A DNA stretch of 64,000 nucleotides from a virus. How positions within the stretch are numbered: the stretch's first letter is position 1; each line of letters begins with the position of its first letter. Made by a program: the position numbers and the translations under genes. Location of the stretch: positions 1 through 64,000 of the IMG/VR virus record IMGVR_UViG_3300020020_000026; one strand, given 5' to 3'. This document shows, one piece after another, positions 26,587 through 34,535 of the stretch. A model generated the notes under the pieces. The model saw nothing but the letters and a program-made list of their open reading frames with translations. It made no database searches and had not been told where the DNA came from.

Positions 26587-26624
26587 TAGGCCCCATTGCC
26601 CTATACGTCCCCAGGACGTATATC
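26587..26624 (+). promoter_or_regulatory. Early sigma70 promoter with tandem 17-bp operator-like sites
   Basis: TTGCCC(26596)-N17-TATATC; TAGGCC-N5-GCCCTA (26587-26603) plus TACGTC-N5-GACGTA (26604-26620). Confidence 0.7.
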
Positions 26625-26651
26625 TCTGGTGTCAGGAAAGAGGAGAGAGAA

Positions 26652-26912
26652 ATGGCGAAGAAGGAAAAAGGCTGGACCGTCTATCACGCCGGTTCGACTA
26701 TGTGGGTCAAGGACTACGCGGTGAAGTCTGCCGCCGAGAAGTACGCGGCCAAGATGGGCGCGGGGTACGCGGTCACGGACGCGGTCACCTACGCCTTCAA
26801 GGTCGTCCACATGGTCGAGAAGACCAACATGATGTCCGGAGGCAAGTACATGGAGGCCTCCAACACCCCTGGCTACATGAGCCCCGCCTCCGAAGCCTAC
26901 TGGAGCATGTGA
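26652..26912 (+). CDS. Small phage early protein
   Basis: GAGGAG RBS; C-terminal NTPGYMSPASEAYWSM. Confidence 0.75.
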   Translation: MAKKEKGWTVYHAGSTMWVKDYAVKSAAEKYAAKMGAGYAVTDAVTYAFKVVHMVEKTNMMSGGKYMEASNTPGYMSPASEAYWSM

Positions 26913-27097
26913 TGGCAAAGAAGGAAAAAATCGACGCGGTCGCGCTGGAGAGCGCGGCCATCGCGGCCGGTGTCTCGGAGGAGTGGCTGGGCATGTGGCG
27001 TCGCGGCGGACTGAGCAACGAGGCTCTCGCCACTCTGACATACGGCAGCAAGGCAATCCAAGCTGCCATCGATCTCAGCCACGTCAGGAGCAAGTGA
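26912..27097 (+). CDS. Small hypothetical protein
   Basis: TGATG coupling; GGAG RBS. Confidence 0.6.
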   Translation: MAKKEKIDAVALESAAIAAGVSEEWLGMWRRGGLSNEALATLTYGSKAIQAAIDLSHVRSK

Positions 27098-27348
27098 TGG
27101 ATACCTACCAGGAGAAAGTGAACCGCTGGCGGATCATCCGCCACGAAGAGCTGCCCGAAGAACACAAGGCCGCGTACCGGCTGGAAGGGATCGATCCGGA
27201 CGACAACTGGTCGCTGATCTGGTCGTTCGAAACCGAAGAGGCCGCGATCAAGTGCCTCGCCGACTGCAACGAGACAAAGGCGAAGTGGCAGACCTACCGC
27301 CTGGTCGATGGTGGCAAGGCGGAATTCATCGAAAGGGGAATCTGGTGA
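27097..27348 (+). CDS. Small hypothetical protein
   Basis: AGGAG RBS; TGATG coupling. Confidence 0.65.
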   Translation: MDTYQEKVNRWRIIRHEELPEEHKAAYRLEGIDPDDNWSLIWSFETEEAAIKCLADCNETKAKWQTYRLVDGGKAEFIERGIW

Positions 27349-27566
27349 GATCGAAGCTCTACGCCACCTACGGCTTCTACAAAGTCTGGCAGCGCCCGCT
27401 CAACAAGGGCAAGGGCTTCCGCTTCGAGGTCCGCAAAGGCAACAGCGTCCTCGGAAGTTTCATGAGCCTGCTCACCGCGATGGAGGACGCAAAGGCCCGC
27501 ATGAACGCCTTCTGGGACGAGCAGGCCCGCGTCTACAACGAGCTGAAAGCGAAGGGAGAACTCTAG
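27345..27566 (+). CDS. Small hypothetical protein
   Basis: GTGA coupling; last + strand gene. Confidence 0.6.
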   Translation: MRSKLYATYGFYKVWQRPLNKGKGFRFEVRKGNSVLGSFMSLLTAMEDAKARMNAFWDEQARVYNELKAKGEL

Positions 27567-27910
27567 CCCACTGGCGGCTTTTTCACGGGGGTGCCAGGAG
27601 CGGGGACGGGAGCGTCGGGGAAGGCTAGAGCGAGGGGAGCGGCGGGAATAGCGGTGGGGATGCCGCGCTTGGCGGATTCATCGGTACTGCTCTCTTTCAC
27701 GGTCGTGCAATTCCAGCCGTGTATCCTGCACCATGCGCCCATCGGCGGAGCCGTGAGGTCGTTGCCAGCGTAGTCGGGATGGGGCCGCGCTTCATATTCG
27801 CACGGCGGCAGATTCAGCGTATGACCCACGTCCCGCTTGTCTTCGTCCTCTTCGGTCCTGGGCTTGGCCACCTTCCTGGTGGACGGCCGGGCGAATTGTC
27901 TAGGGTCCAT
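27563..27910 (-). CDS. Hypothetical protein
   Basis: AGGAG RBS; MDPRQFARP...WCRIHGWNC. Confidence 0.55.
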   Translation of the reverse strand: MDPRQFARPSTRKVAKPRTEEDEDKRDVGHTLNLPPCEYEARPHPDYAGNDLTAPPMGAWCRIHGWNCTTVKESSTDESAKRGIPTAIPAAPLALAFPDAPVPAPGTPVKKPPVG

Positions 27911-28121
27911 GTCCCTCTCCTTTTGATGCAGCGGCAATCTTTGCCAGCCCGTCCTCGACAGCTTGCTCGATTTTACCGATAGGACAAAGTTGCGGCCCAA
28001 ACGTCGGCGGCACGTCGAACCAGTGGTGCGTATTGCACTGGAAGCACTTCCGCGCCGAGCCACTCGCAGACATCGGATTGTTCGACACGAAGAACTCAAC
28101 GATCTCGCACTTCATGGTCAC
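27900..28121 (-). CDS. Small Cys/His protein
   Basis: C...CNTHHW...CPIG; follows the lysis genes. Confidence 0.55.
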   Translation of the reverse strand: MTMKCEIVEFFVSNNPMSASGSARKCFQCNTHHWFDVPPTFGPQLCPIGKIEQAVEDGLAKIAAASKGEGHGP

Positions 28122-28178
28122 CTACGTTCCGGCCGCATGATATCCGGCGTCGGCCTCAGTCTCAAATTGTAGTCTTCG

Positions 28179-28424
28179 TCACGTACTGATGACTCCGCTG
28201 GCCGCGACGACCCGAAAGGGAAGCGGCATGCCGAGAAGCAGCGCGACGATCATGTATAGCGCGATCAGCGCCACGATGACCATGAACACCTTCTGGATTT
28301 GATCCGGGATCGGAAAGCCGAGCCAGTTCATCAGCCAGAGGACGATCAGGCCGATCAGGACCAGGATCGCGACCGCGATTGCGATGTTGATGATGCCTAG
28401 AAGGACTGCGCCAAGCGAACCCAT
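28179..28424 (-). CDS. Two-TM membrane protein (holin candidate)
   Basis: Two long hydrophobic segments; AGGAG RBS; next to the endolysins. Confidence 0.7.
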   Translation of the reverse strand: MGSLGAVLLGIINIAIAVAILVLIGLIVLWLMNWLGFPIPDQIQKVFMVIVALIALYMIVALLLGMPLPFRVVAASGVIST

Positions 28425-28436
28425 GGGCCTCTCCTA

Positions 28437-29069
28437 TTATGTGACCTGAACACCGTTGACGGTGATGATAACGTCCCCCTCGACCTCTATGTCGATGCGC
28501 GGGACGACTGCGGTTACCGGCGGCGGCTCGACCTCTTCGCCGTCAAGCGTGCCGCCCAGCTCGTTCGCCAGCGCCTCGCAGATGTCATCGAAATTGTCCA
28601 GGTACAGCTCCGCATCGGTTTCGGAGTCCACGAAGCAGACCTCCAGCAATACACAGGGCATCTCTGTGTTATTCAGCACGTAGAGGTCGGTCCGTTTTTT
28701 GGGGCCGCGATCCAGGAGCGAACCGGCCTCGGCGATTGCCGCCGACAGCCGCGCCGCCAGCGAGGACTGCGTGACGTAGAGAACCTCGCAGCCCCTGGGC
28801 GCGTCGGTCTGTTCGAAGGCATTGAAGTGGACCGAAATATCCAATTCCCGCGTCGCGTCGTTATGGGCGTCGGTTATGCGTTCCAAATTCTCCGACTGGC
28901 TGACGGAGACGTTGTCATGAAACACAAAAACCTCAACGCCGCGCTTCTTCAGCTCGTCCGCCAGGCGGTCGGTGACCTTGCGGGCCTCGTCCACCTCGTC
29001 AAGGATGCCGTGCGCGCCGCGAACCTTGAGGCCGTGGCCTGACGAGATAAAAATCGATTTATAGGTCAT
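28437..29069 (-). CDS. N-acetylmuramoyl-L-alanine amidase (Amidase_3)
   Basis: ISSGHG...E...ISVHFNA...VLLEVCFVD zinc-amidase motifs. Confidence 0.9.
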   Translation of the reverse strand: MTYKSIFISSGHGLKVRGAHGILDEVDEARKVTDRLADELKKRGVEVFVFHDNVSVSQSENLERITDAHNDATRELDISVHFNAFEQTDAPRGCEVLYVTQSSLAARLSAAIAEAGSLLDRGPKKRTDLYVLNNTEMPCVLLEVCFVDSETDAELYLDNFDDICEALANELGGTLDGEEVEPPPVTAVVPRIDIEVEGDVIITVNGVQVT

Positions 29070-29625
29070 CGTTAACCTCCACCTTCTGCGGCATCGGGTC
29101 GGGCAGCGGCACGATCACCTTGTCCGGTTTACCGTCGTAGTCCTCGTCCGCGATGTTCTGGAAGAGCAGCGCCTCGCTCGCGCGCCTGCGCACAAGCCCG
29201 GCGAGAACTTTGCCGCCGCCCTTATTCCATTTGTGGAATTCCAGCGCCGCGCCATCGAAGTTCTTCGCGTTGACCTTCTTGAGCAGGGTCGAGCCAGCCA
29301 AGGCACCGGACCCGCAATTGTATGCGAAGCTCACCAGGGCATCGAACTGCCATTGCGCCAGCTTCACCTTGACCAGGCGCTTCACGTCGGCCTCGAAGAC
29401 GCGCATGTCCAGGCGAAAGGCTGCGTCGCATTGCGCCATCGACCACACCGTGCCGCTGGCGATCCGGTGACCGTTCTCACTCGTCGTGCCCCATCCGATG
29501 GTCATGACGCCAGCGGGACATTTGTACGCCGCGTAGCGATCCGGCCCGCACTTCTTCATGCAGTTTTCGAAATGCTTCACCAGATTCGCGCCAGCGCGCG
29601 ACAGCGACAGACTTTCGTTTGGCAT
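29059..29625 (-). CDS. Phage lysozyme (GH24) endolysin
   Basis: FE...YKCPAGVMTIGWG...QFDALVSFAYNCG...GLVRRRASEALLF. Confidence 0.9.
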   Translation of the reverse strand: MPNESLSLSRAGANLVKHFENCMKKCGPDRYAAYKCPAGVMTIGWGTTSENGHRIASGTVWSMAQCDAAFRLDMRVFEADVKRLVKVKLAQWQFDALVSFAYNCGSGALAGSTLLKKVNAKNFDGAALEFHKWNKGGGKVLAGLVRRRASEALLFQNIADEDYDGKPDKVIVPLPDPMPQKVEVNDDL

Positions 29626-29629
29626 CTGG

Positions 29630-29863
29630 TTATCTCTGCGCCGGGGCCGGGACGATGCACTGGCTCAACAGCTTCTGCACCTCGGCCTGCATCTGCACGA
29701 ACAGCTTCACATTGTCCTGGCGCTGCGAATTGAACATGGACGACTGGTAGTACAGCAACCCGATCAGCGAGAAGCTGACGACGATCAACGCCAGCACCAA
29801 CGGCATGCCCTTCATCGCGTCGAGAAAACTCAACGCGGCCTGGCCTCCTGGGATGTTGCTCAT
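29630..29863 (-). CDS. Single-TM protein in the lysis cluster
   Basis: PLVLALIVVSFSLIGLLYY hydrophobic segment. Confidence 0.65.
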   Translation of the reverse strand: MSNIPGGQAALSFLDAMKGMPLVLALIVVSFSLIGLLYYQSSMFNSQRQDNVKLFVQMQAEVQKLLSQCIVPAPAQR

Positions 29864-30147
29864 GGCGGTGGCTTCCCTAGGTCGCGGGTTAAGAGGGTAA
29901 CGATGCGTTCGATTGAGGTTTCATTCTTTTTGATGCTCTGCTCCAGCACCGTGATTCGGTTTTGCATTTCCTGCATTCTGGCCACCGTATATTCGGCACC
30001 GCGATGTTCCATGATGTAGACTCGCGTTTCTAAACGCACCGAATATGCGAGGATCGCTGCGGCGGCTGTACCCAGCGCGACCGCCTGCGCAATGAGGAAA
30101 ATAGCCAAGGCCTGGTTCTGGTGAAACCAGCTCTTGAACTCTGTCAT
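29860..30147 (-). CDS. Single-TM coiled-coil protein in the lysis cluster
   Basis: N-terminal TM followed by coiled coil. Confidence 0.65.
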   Translation of the reverse strand: MTEFKSWFHQNQALAIFLIAQAVALGTAAAAILAYSVRLETRVYIMEHRGAEYTVARMQEMQNRITVLEQSIKKNETSIERIVTLLTRDLGKPPP

Positions 30148-30269
30148 GCGGGCGGAGGAGCTAGCCCGTCCTCACTGTCACCCTTTTCGGGGAACGGTGG
30201 GGGTGGCACGACCGGCGGCTTTGGTGGCGCGGGGATCGGCGGCGTTGGCTCTTGTGGCTCGTTCTGCAT
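30144..30269 (-). CDS. Pro-rich small protein
   Basis: MQNEPQEPTPPIPAPP...; GAGG RBS; coupled to the next gene. Confidence 0.45.
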   Translation of the reverse strand: MQNEPQEPTPPIPAPPKPPVVPPPPFPEKGDSEDGLAPPPA

Positions 30270-30372
30270 GGTACGGCCCTCTCTGCTGATTAAACGGGGT
30301 GCGGGGTATCCAGGCACGCAACGCTGCGGCAATTTTCGCCCGCCGTTCCTCGCAGGAGCGGCAAGCCATCAC
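30178..30372 (-). CDS. Small protein (MACxxCxxRR type)
   Basis: Coupled to 30369-30815; overlaps 30144-30269 in another frame. Confidence 0.4.
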   Translation of the reverse strand: MMACRSCEERRAKIAAALRAWIPRTPFNQQRGPYHAERATRANAADPRATKAAGRATPTVPRKG

Positions 30373-30815
30373 GGACCGGCGACCGTCCCAATCAGGACCG
30401 CAACGTCTCCGTCTTCTATTGCAATAAGCCTGTTGCCGCCCGGCGGCAGCGTGCCGGGTTCTGGAATCAACTCGTCCAGCGCGGTCATGAACTCCGCGTC
30501 GCCGCAGCCCAGCACCAGGTTGCCGTGCAGCTCCTGCGCGTTGACTGTACTCTTGCCCTGCCGCAGCAACGATGAGGCCTGCAAGATCATGGCCGCCTCG
30601 TTAATCTCCAGTCCAAGCTGAATATTGTCGCCGGGGTATGCCGCGATTGTTGGGACGACAGCGCCGTTCTGCTCAAACGTCGTGATGCCTTGGGCAATGC
30701 CCACATAAGACGAGCCAATCAAATCATACAGCGTCTCCAGGTCGGGAGAGGTGCCGTTATATTCGGTTACGACCATGTTGCCGTGCGGCGGAACCTGGCT
30801 CAGCGTCCCGATCAT
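30369..30815 (-). CDS. Hypothetical protein
   Basis: AAGGA RBS; coupled. Confidence 0.65.
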   Translation of the reverse strand: MIGTLSQVPPHGNMVVTEYNGTSPDLETLYDLIGSSYVGIAQGITTFEQNGAVVPTIAAYPGDNIQLGLEINEAAMILQASSLLRQGKSTVNAQELHGNLVLGCGDAEFMTALDELIPEPGTLPPGGNRLIAIEDGDVAVLIGTVAGP

Positions 30816-31201
30816 GCCTTGTCCTTCAGCCGGGCCATCACCTCCGCGATGATCTCTTCTTTGAACCGCTGCTTTTCCTCTTTCTCTCTTTGTTGGTTAG
30901 CAACCACCGCCTCTTCACTCCTTTTTTTGTTCACTACCGCCTCCGCCTCAAGCCTCTCCTTCTCGACAAGCCAGGCGTCGTAATAGCTTTGGTACTCCGA
31001 GAAATCGTGGATGACCTCGTTCGGCTTGCGGGATATCGCGCCGGTTTCAGCATTGACGTTAGTCAGGAACTCGACTGAGCCGATGGTGTTGGACCACTGC
31101 ACAGCGTGCTTGCCCTCGGCAACCAGGGCTGAGCAATCGATCCGACAGGCGAACCCATCGACCAGCATCGTATTGTCCCTAGCGACTATTGTGGCGCGCA
31201 T
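30812..31201 (-). CDS. Tail-fibre-associated (assembly-like) protein
   Basis: MRATIV...HAVQW...GSVEF...DAW; GGAGG RBS; follows the fibre genes. Confidence 0.6.
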   Translation of the reverse strand: MRATIVARDNTMLVDGFACRIDCSALVAEGKHAVQWSNTIGSVEFLTNVNAETGAISRKPNEVIHDFSEYQSYYDAWLVEKERLEAEAVVNKKRSEEAVVANQQREKEEKQRFKEEIIAEVMARLKDKA

Positions 31202-31493
31202 CGATAAGCCTCCCCTGCTCGCTGGCCAAGTTAACAGCATCCTTCACGCCAGCGACGACACCGTTGCGGAATGTTTCTATGGCCGCGCCAGCCTGGCGGG
31301 TTTGCTGGGCGTTCTCGATCAACAGCATCGGCAACAGCGCGACCGCGCAGCGCCAGTCGTCAATCATTTCTTCGGTCTGTGGGTTCTTGCCGATGACGCG
31401 CGTCCACCATGGGCACTTATGGCAGACCGTCGAGGTATCCACCTTGTGCAACGGGCAGATCGTGCCTTCGTCAGCGTGTGGAATTCTTACCAT
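31179..31493 (-). CDS. Conserved Cys-rich phage protein of fibre clusters
   Basis: CPL...CHKCPWW...GKNPQT...DWRCAVALLPMLLIEN...FRN. Confidence 0.75.
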   Translation of the reverse strand: MVRIPHADEGTICPLHKVDTSTVCHKCPWWTRVIGKNPQTEEMIDDWRCAVALLPMLLIENAQQTRQAGAAIETFRNGVVAGVKDAVNLASEQGRLIDARHNSR

Positions 31494-32519
31494 TTAGTTT
31501 TTGCTCCGCACATTAAGGGCCTCTAGCTCTTCGACCCTTGCCTTGAGTTCTTTGACCGCGTTGACCAGCGCAAACAAGATAGGGCCGGTATCAAGCGAAC
31601 GCAGATCGGTCACCTCAACGCCATTGATGAATGCCGTCGATAGTTTCACCGTCTCAGGCATTGACACTTCAGCCTCCTGCGCAATGAGGCCGATGTATTC
31701 CTTCTGATCGACGGCCGCGCCGTAGTGCATCGACGTGTCGTATGGCGCTACACCAATATCCTTCCGCATTGGCAACGGCTTGCCATCGTCACCCAGCTTC
31801 ATCGGATTACTGGGATGCAGATCAGTCTCGTTGCCCTTGAATGTGAAGCGGACAGGCCGCAGCGCCGCAACAGCATCGAGGCTGTTGGTGTAGTCACCAA
31901 TGACGTTCTTGATGCGTGCATCGGAGTAGGCAATGAATGGACCGCCAACTGTGGTGTAACAATAGTCCCCACGGAAATCCATGAAGTAGGAACCACCATA
32001 ATTAAGACGAATGCCTGCCCATACACCGGGGATGTGTTCGCCCGAAATAGCGCACGCTACACCAGGGCTAAAGCTCGCAACTGTCACCCCATAGCCGCTG
32101 CCGTACCAACCGTCACCCTGCACACCCAGACCCTGAGTGCCGCAATAAACTACCCCTGCTGATTGGAGATAAGAGGTTCCGTAAACGGAAGGGGCCGTCA
32201 AGCTGCCCGACATCGTGTCGCCAGTCTTCGCCACCCTAGAGCTAGCGTGTGACGCACCCCACGCACTGGCGCGAGTTTCTACATAGGAAGTGTTCGCGAT
32301 GTTATCGTTGCCGACTGTTGGTGGAGTCGGCACCGTCGAGTCTGATGCAAGAGCCAGCGGACCCGTCATCGTGTCGCCAGCCTTCGAAACCTTTGTATTG
32401 ATATCGATTCCGATGATGACCCACTTCTCTCCGTCCCACTTATAAGAGGGAATGCCAGCAATAGGCGTCGCTGGATAGGTCTGATCGATAGTTGGCGATG
32501 CTGGAAAATCGAACGCCAT
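31494..32519 (-). CDS. Tail fibre/spike with C-terminal intramolecular chaperone (peptidase S74)
   Basis: YSDARIKN...LRPVRF...GLIAQE...LVNAVKELKARVEELE; N-terminal MAFDFPASP...WDGEKW. Confidence 0.85.
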   Translation of the reverse strand: MAFDFPASPTIDQTYPATPIAGIPSYKWDGEKWVIIGIDINTKVSKAGDTMTGPLALASDSTVPTPPTVGNDNIANTSYVETRASAWGASHASSRVAKTGDTMSGSLTAPSVYGTSYLQSAGVVYCGTQGLGVQGDGWYGSGYGVTVASFSPGVACAISGEHIPGVWAGIRLNYGGSYFMDFRGDYCYTTVGGPFIAYSDARIKNVIGDYTNSLDAVAALRPVRFTFKGNETDLHPSNPMKLGDDGKPLPMRKDIGVAPYDTSMHYGAAVDQKEYIGLIAQEAEVSMPETVKLSTAFINGVEVTDLRSLDTGPILFALVNAVKELKARVEELEALNVRSKN

Positions 32520-32525
32520 CAGATA

Positions 32526-33143
32526 TCAGTCCTTGCTCGCCAGTATGACATCAATATACGCCATGTTCATCGTAATCGCGTGGGTATGCCCCCAGTTTGC
32601 ACCGGCAAATCCGGTATACGTCCCGTAAACACCAGCGCCGCCACTGTCGCCATACAGCGTGTAGCTGGCACCGGAAGCATTCGGGAGTTCGTAATAGTGC
32701 TGATGGTAAGTGAGTTCGTTGCCGTCGATGGAGTGATAGCCAACAGTGCTTTGCGCCATCACTGTCGAGAACCCATTGACGCCGCCCGCCACGCCGCCCG
32801 ATCCGCTGACGACTCGCAACGCCCTGTCGTTCTGGGTGACTATCTTCGTCCAGCCGGTCGGCGCTGCCGCCATGTAGAACGGCAAGACGGTGCCCGCAGC
32901 AAAGCCGCCGGGCTTGTTGTCAACGTATTGCTTTGTCGATGCCTGCAACGCGCTCGCGGGGTCGGCGGGCAGCACCAGCGGACCCGTCATCGTGTCGCCA
33001 GCCTTTTGCACGTAGCCGGTGGAAAGGTTCACTCCTGTTGTAGCCCACTTTTCGCCGTCCCAAGTGTATTGCGGCTGACCCGCAGCCGGGGACGCCGGGT
33101 GCTTCGTGCCGATACTTGGAGAGGAAGGAAAGTCGAGCGCCAT
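32526..33143 (-). CDS. Short tail fibre with tail-collar-like C-terminal domain
   Basis: MALDFPSSP...YTWDGEKW; KAGDTMTGPL; GTVLPF...APTGW. Confidence 0.8.
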   Translation of the reverse strand: MALDFPSSPSIGTKHPASPAAGQPQYTWDGEKWATTGVNLSTGYVQKAGDTMTGPLVLPADPASALQASTKQYVDNKPGGFAAGTVLPFYMAAAPTGWTKIVTQNDRALRVVSGSGGVAGGVNGFSTVMAQSTVGYHSIDGNELTYHQHYYELPNASGASYTLYGDSGGAGVYGTYTGFAGANWGHTHAITMNMAYIDVILASKD

Positions 33144-33149
33144 GCTACC

Positions 33150-34535
33150 TCAATAGGGTGCAGTCGGAGGTGTGAAGTTGGCAGTCCACCGCGCTATGCC
33201 TTTGCTGATGCGAAGCTCGTCCACCAGGCCGTGCGACCACTGCTGTCCGCCGCCAGTGAGATTCCATGCACCGAGTAGCGGTGCATGGTCGATATAAGTC
33301 GGAAGAACGCCATTTATTGCCGTGTTAATTGTTTGCTGAAGCACGCCGTCCTTAAACCCATAAAAGACGCCGTCCTTGCGGACAACGGCGCGATGCGCCC
33401 ATACACTGAGCGAGTATGTACCCAGCGAAAGGTCATTCACGATATTCCATGACGCCTGGTCGCTGGAGCTATAAAAGCGAATGTATCCGGCGGCCTGACG
33501 ATAGAACAGGAATGGTTGATAAGTTATTCCTGCACCGGACCGCACTATTATCGGACGGTTTTCTGCATCTGATGGCCAGTCCCACCAATCAATCGTGAAG
33601 TCGCCACCACCGAAATTCCAATCGTCGTCAGCCGGTATAGAAACGTAAAGGTTTGCAGTATTGAAATACGTCGAGGCGCTCCCGAATTTTGCGGTAGGTC
33701 CATAACCGTATGAGTTGCCGCCTGTATTCGGTTTTGCATATGGCGAACTGTCCACAAACACTGTGCCCACGGCATTGGTCGGGTTGTCGAAGTGATACAG
33801 ACCAACTGTATGATAAGCGGAACGATCTGGTGGGGCCGGTCCGTAGGCGCGCGACGGGGGCGTAAAGTTGGTTGTCCAACGCGCGATGCCCTTGCTGATG
33901 CGAATCTCGTCCATGTAGCCGTGAAACCCGACTCCGGACCAATGGCCGAGTGTCAGAAGTTGGTTCGCGGGGGCCGCCAGCAATGCGGCCGATGAACTCC
34001 ACGTTGCCGTCTGCACGCCGTTCTTGAAGTGATAGAACGTGCTGCCGTTGCGCACGACCGCGTAGTGAACCCATACGTTCAGATCAATCGACCCGCAGAT
34101 TGGTCCGCCAGCGATATCCCACGACGATCCGTTGCTAGACATATAAGTCTGATAGCGACCATCGTTCGTGGCGTGATTTAGGAGAAACCCCTGAACGGCA
34201 TTGTCGGCCTGCCTCCTGAAGGAAGCAGACGAGAGGGTCGAGCTAAGCCGGTATTCCCACCAATCGACCGTGAAGTCGCCACTGCCGAAGTCGAAGTCTG
34301 GGGTGTTCTTGACGAACATATAACTAGCGTTGCCGCCAGGGAAATATAGAGACGAGGTGCCGAATTTCTTTATCGAGGTATTGATCGACGCGCCGCACGG
34401 GGTCGCGACGCGCGGTGTCCCGCCAATCGAAGCGTCCATGAAGCGCGTGTCGTCAAAGTGCAGCAACAACTTTGTGTAGGCGTCGTTGCCAAACTCTTTT
34501 TGCCCCGCCAGCGTAACCGTAGTGCCGGGCATCAT
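33150..34535 (-). CDS. Tandem LamG/ConA-like domain virion protein
   Basis: Two repeats of LLHFD...FGSGDFT.DWW...W.H.AVVR...DE.RISKGIARWT.NFTPP. Confidence 0.85.
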   Translation of the reverse strand: MMPGTTVTLAGQKEFGNDAYTKLLLHFDDTRFMDASIGGTPRVATPCGASINTSIKKFGTSSLYFPGGNASYMFVKNTPDFDFGSGDFTVDWWEYRLSSTLSSASFRRQADNAVQGFLLNHATNDGRYQTYMSSNGSSWDIAGGPICGSIDLNVWVHYAVVRNGSTFYHFKNGVQTATWSSSAALLAAPANQLLTLGHWSGVGFHGYMDEIRISKGIARWTTNFTPPSRAYGPAPPDRSAYHTVGLYHFDNPTNAVGTVFVDSSPYAKPNTGGNSYGYGPTAKFGSASTYFNTANLYVSIPADDDWNFGGGDFTIDWWDWPSDAENRPIIVRSGAGITYQPFLFYRQAAGYIRFYSSSDQASWNIVNDLSLGTYSLSVWAHRAVVRKDGVFYGFKDGVLQQTINTAINGVLPTYIDHAPLLGAWNLTGGGQQWSHGLVDELRISKGIARWTANFTPPTAPY

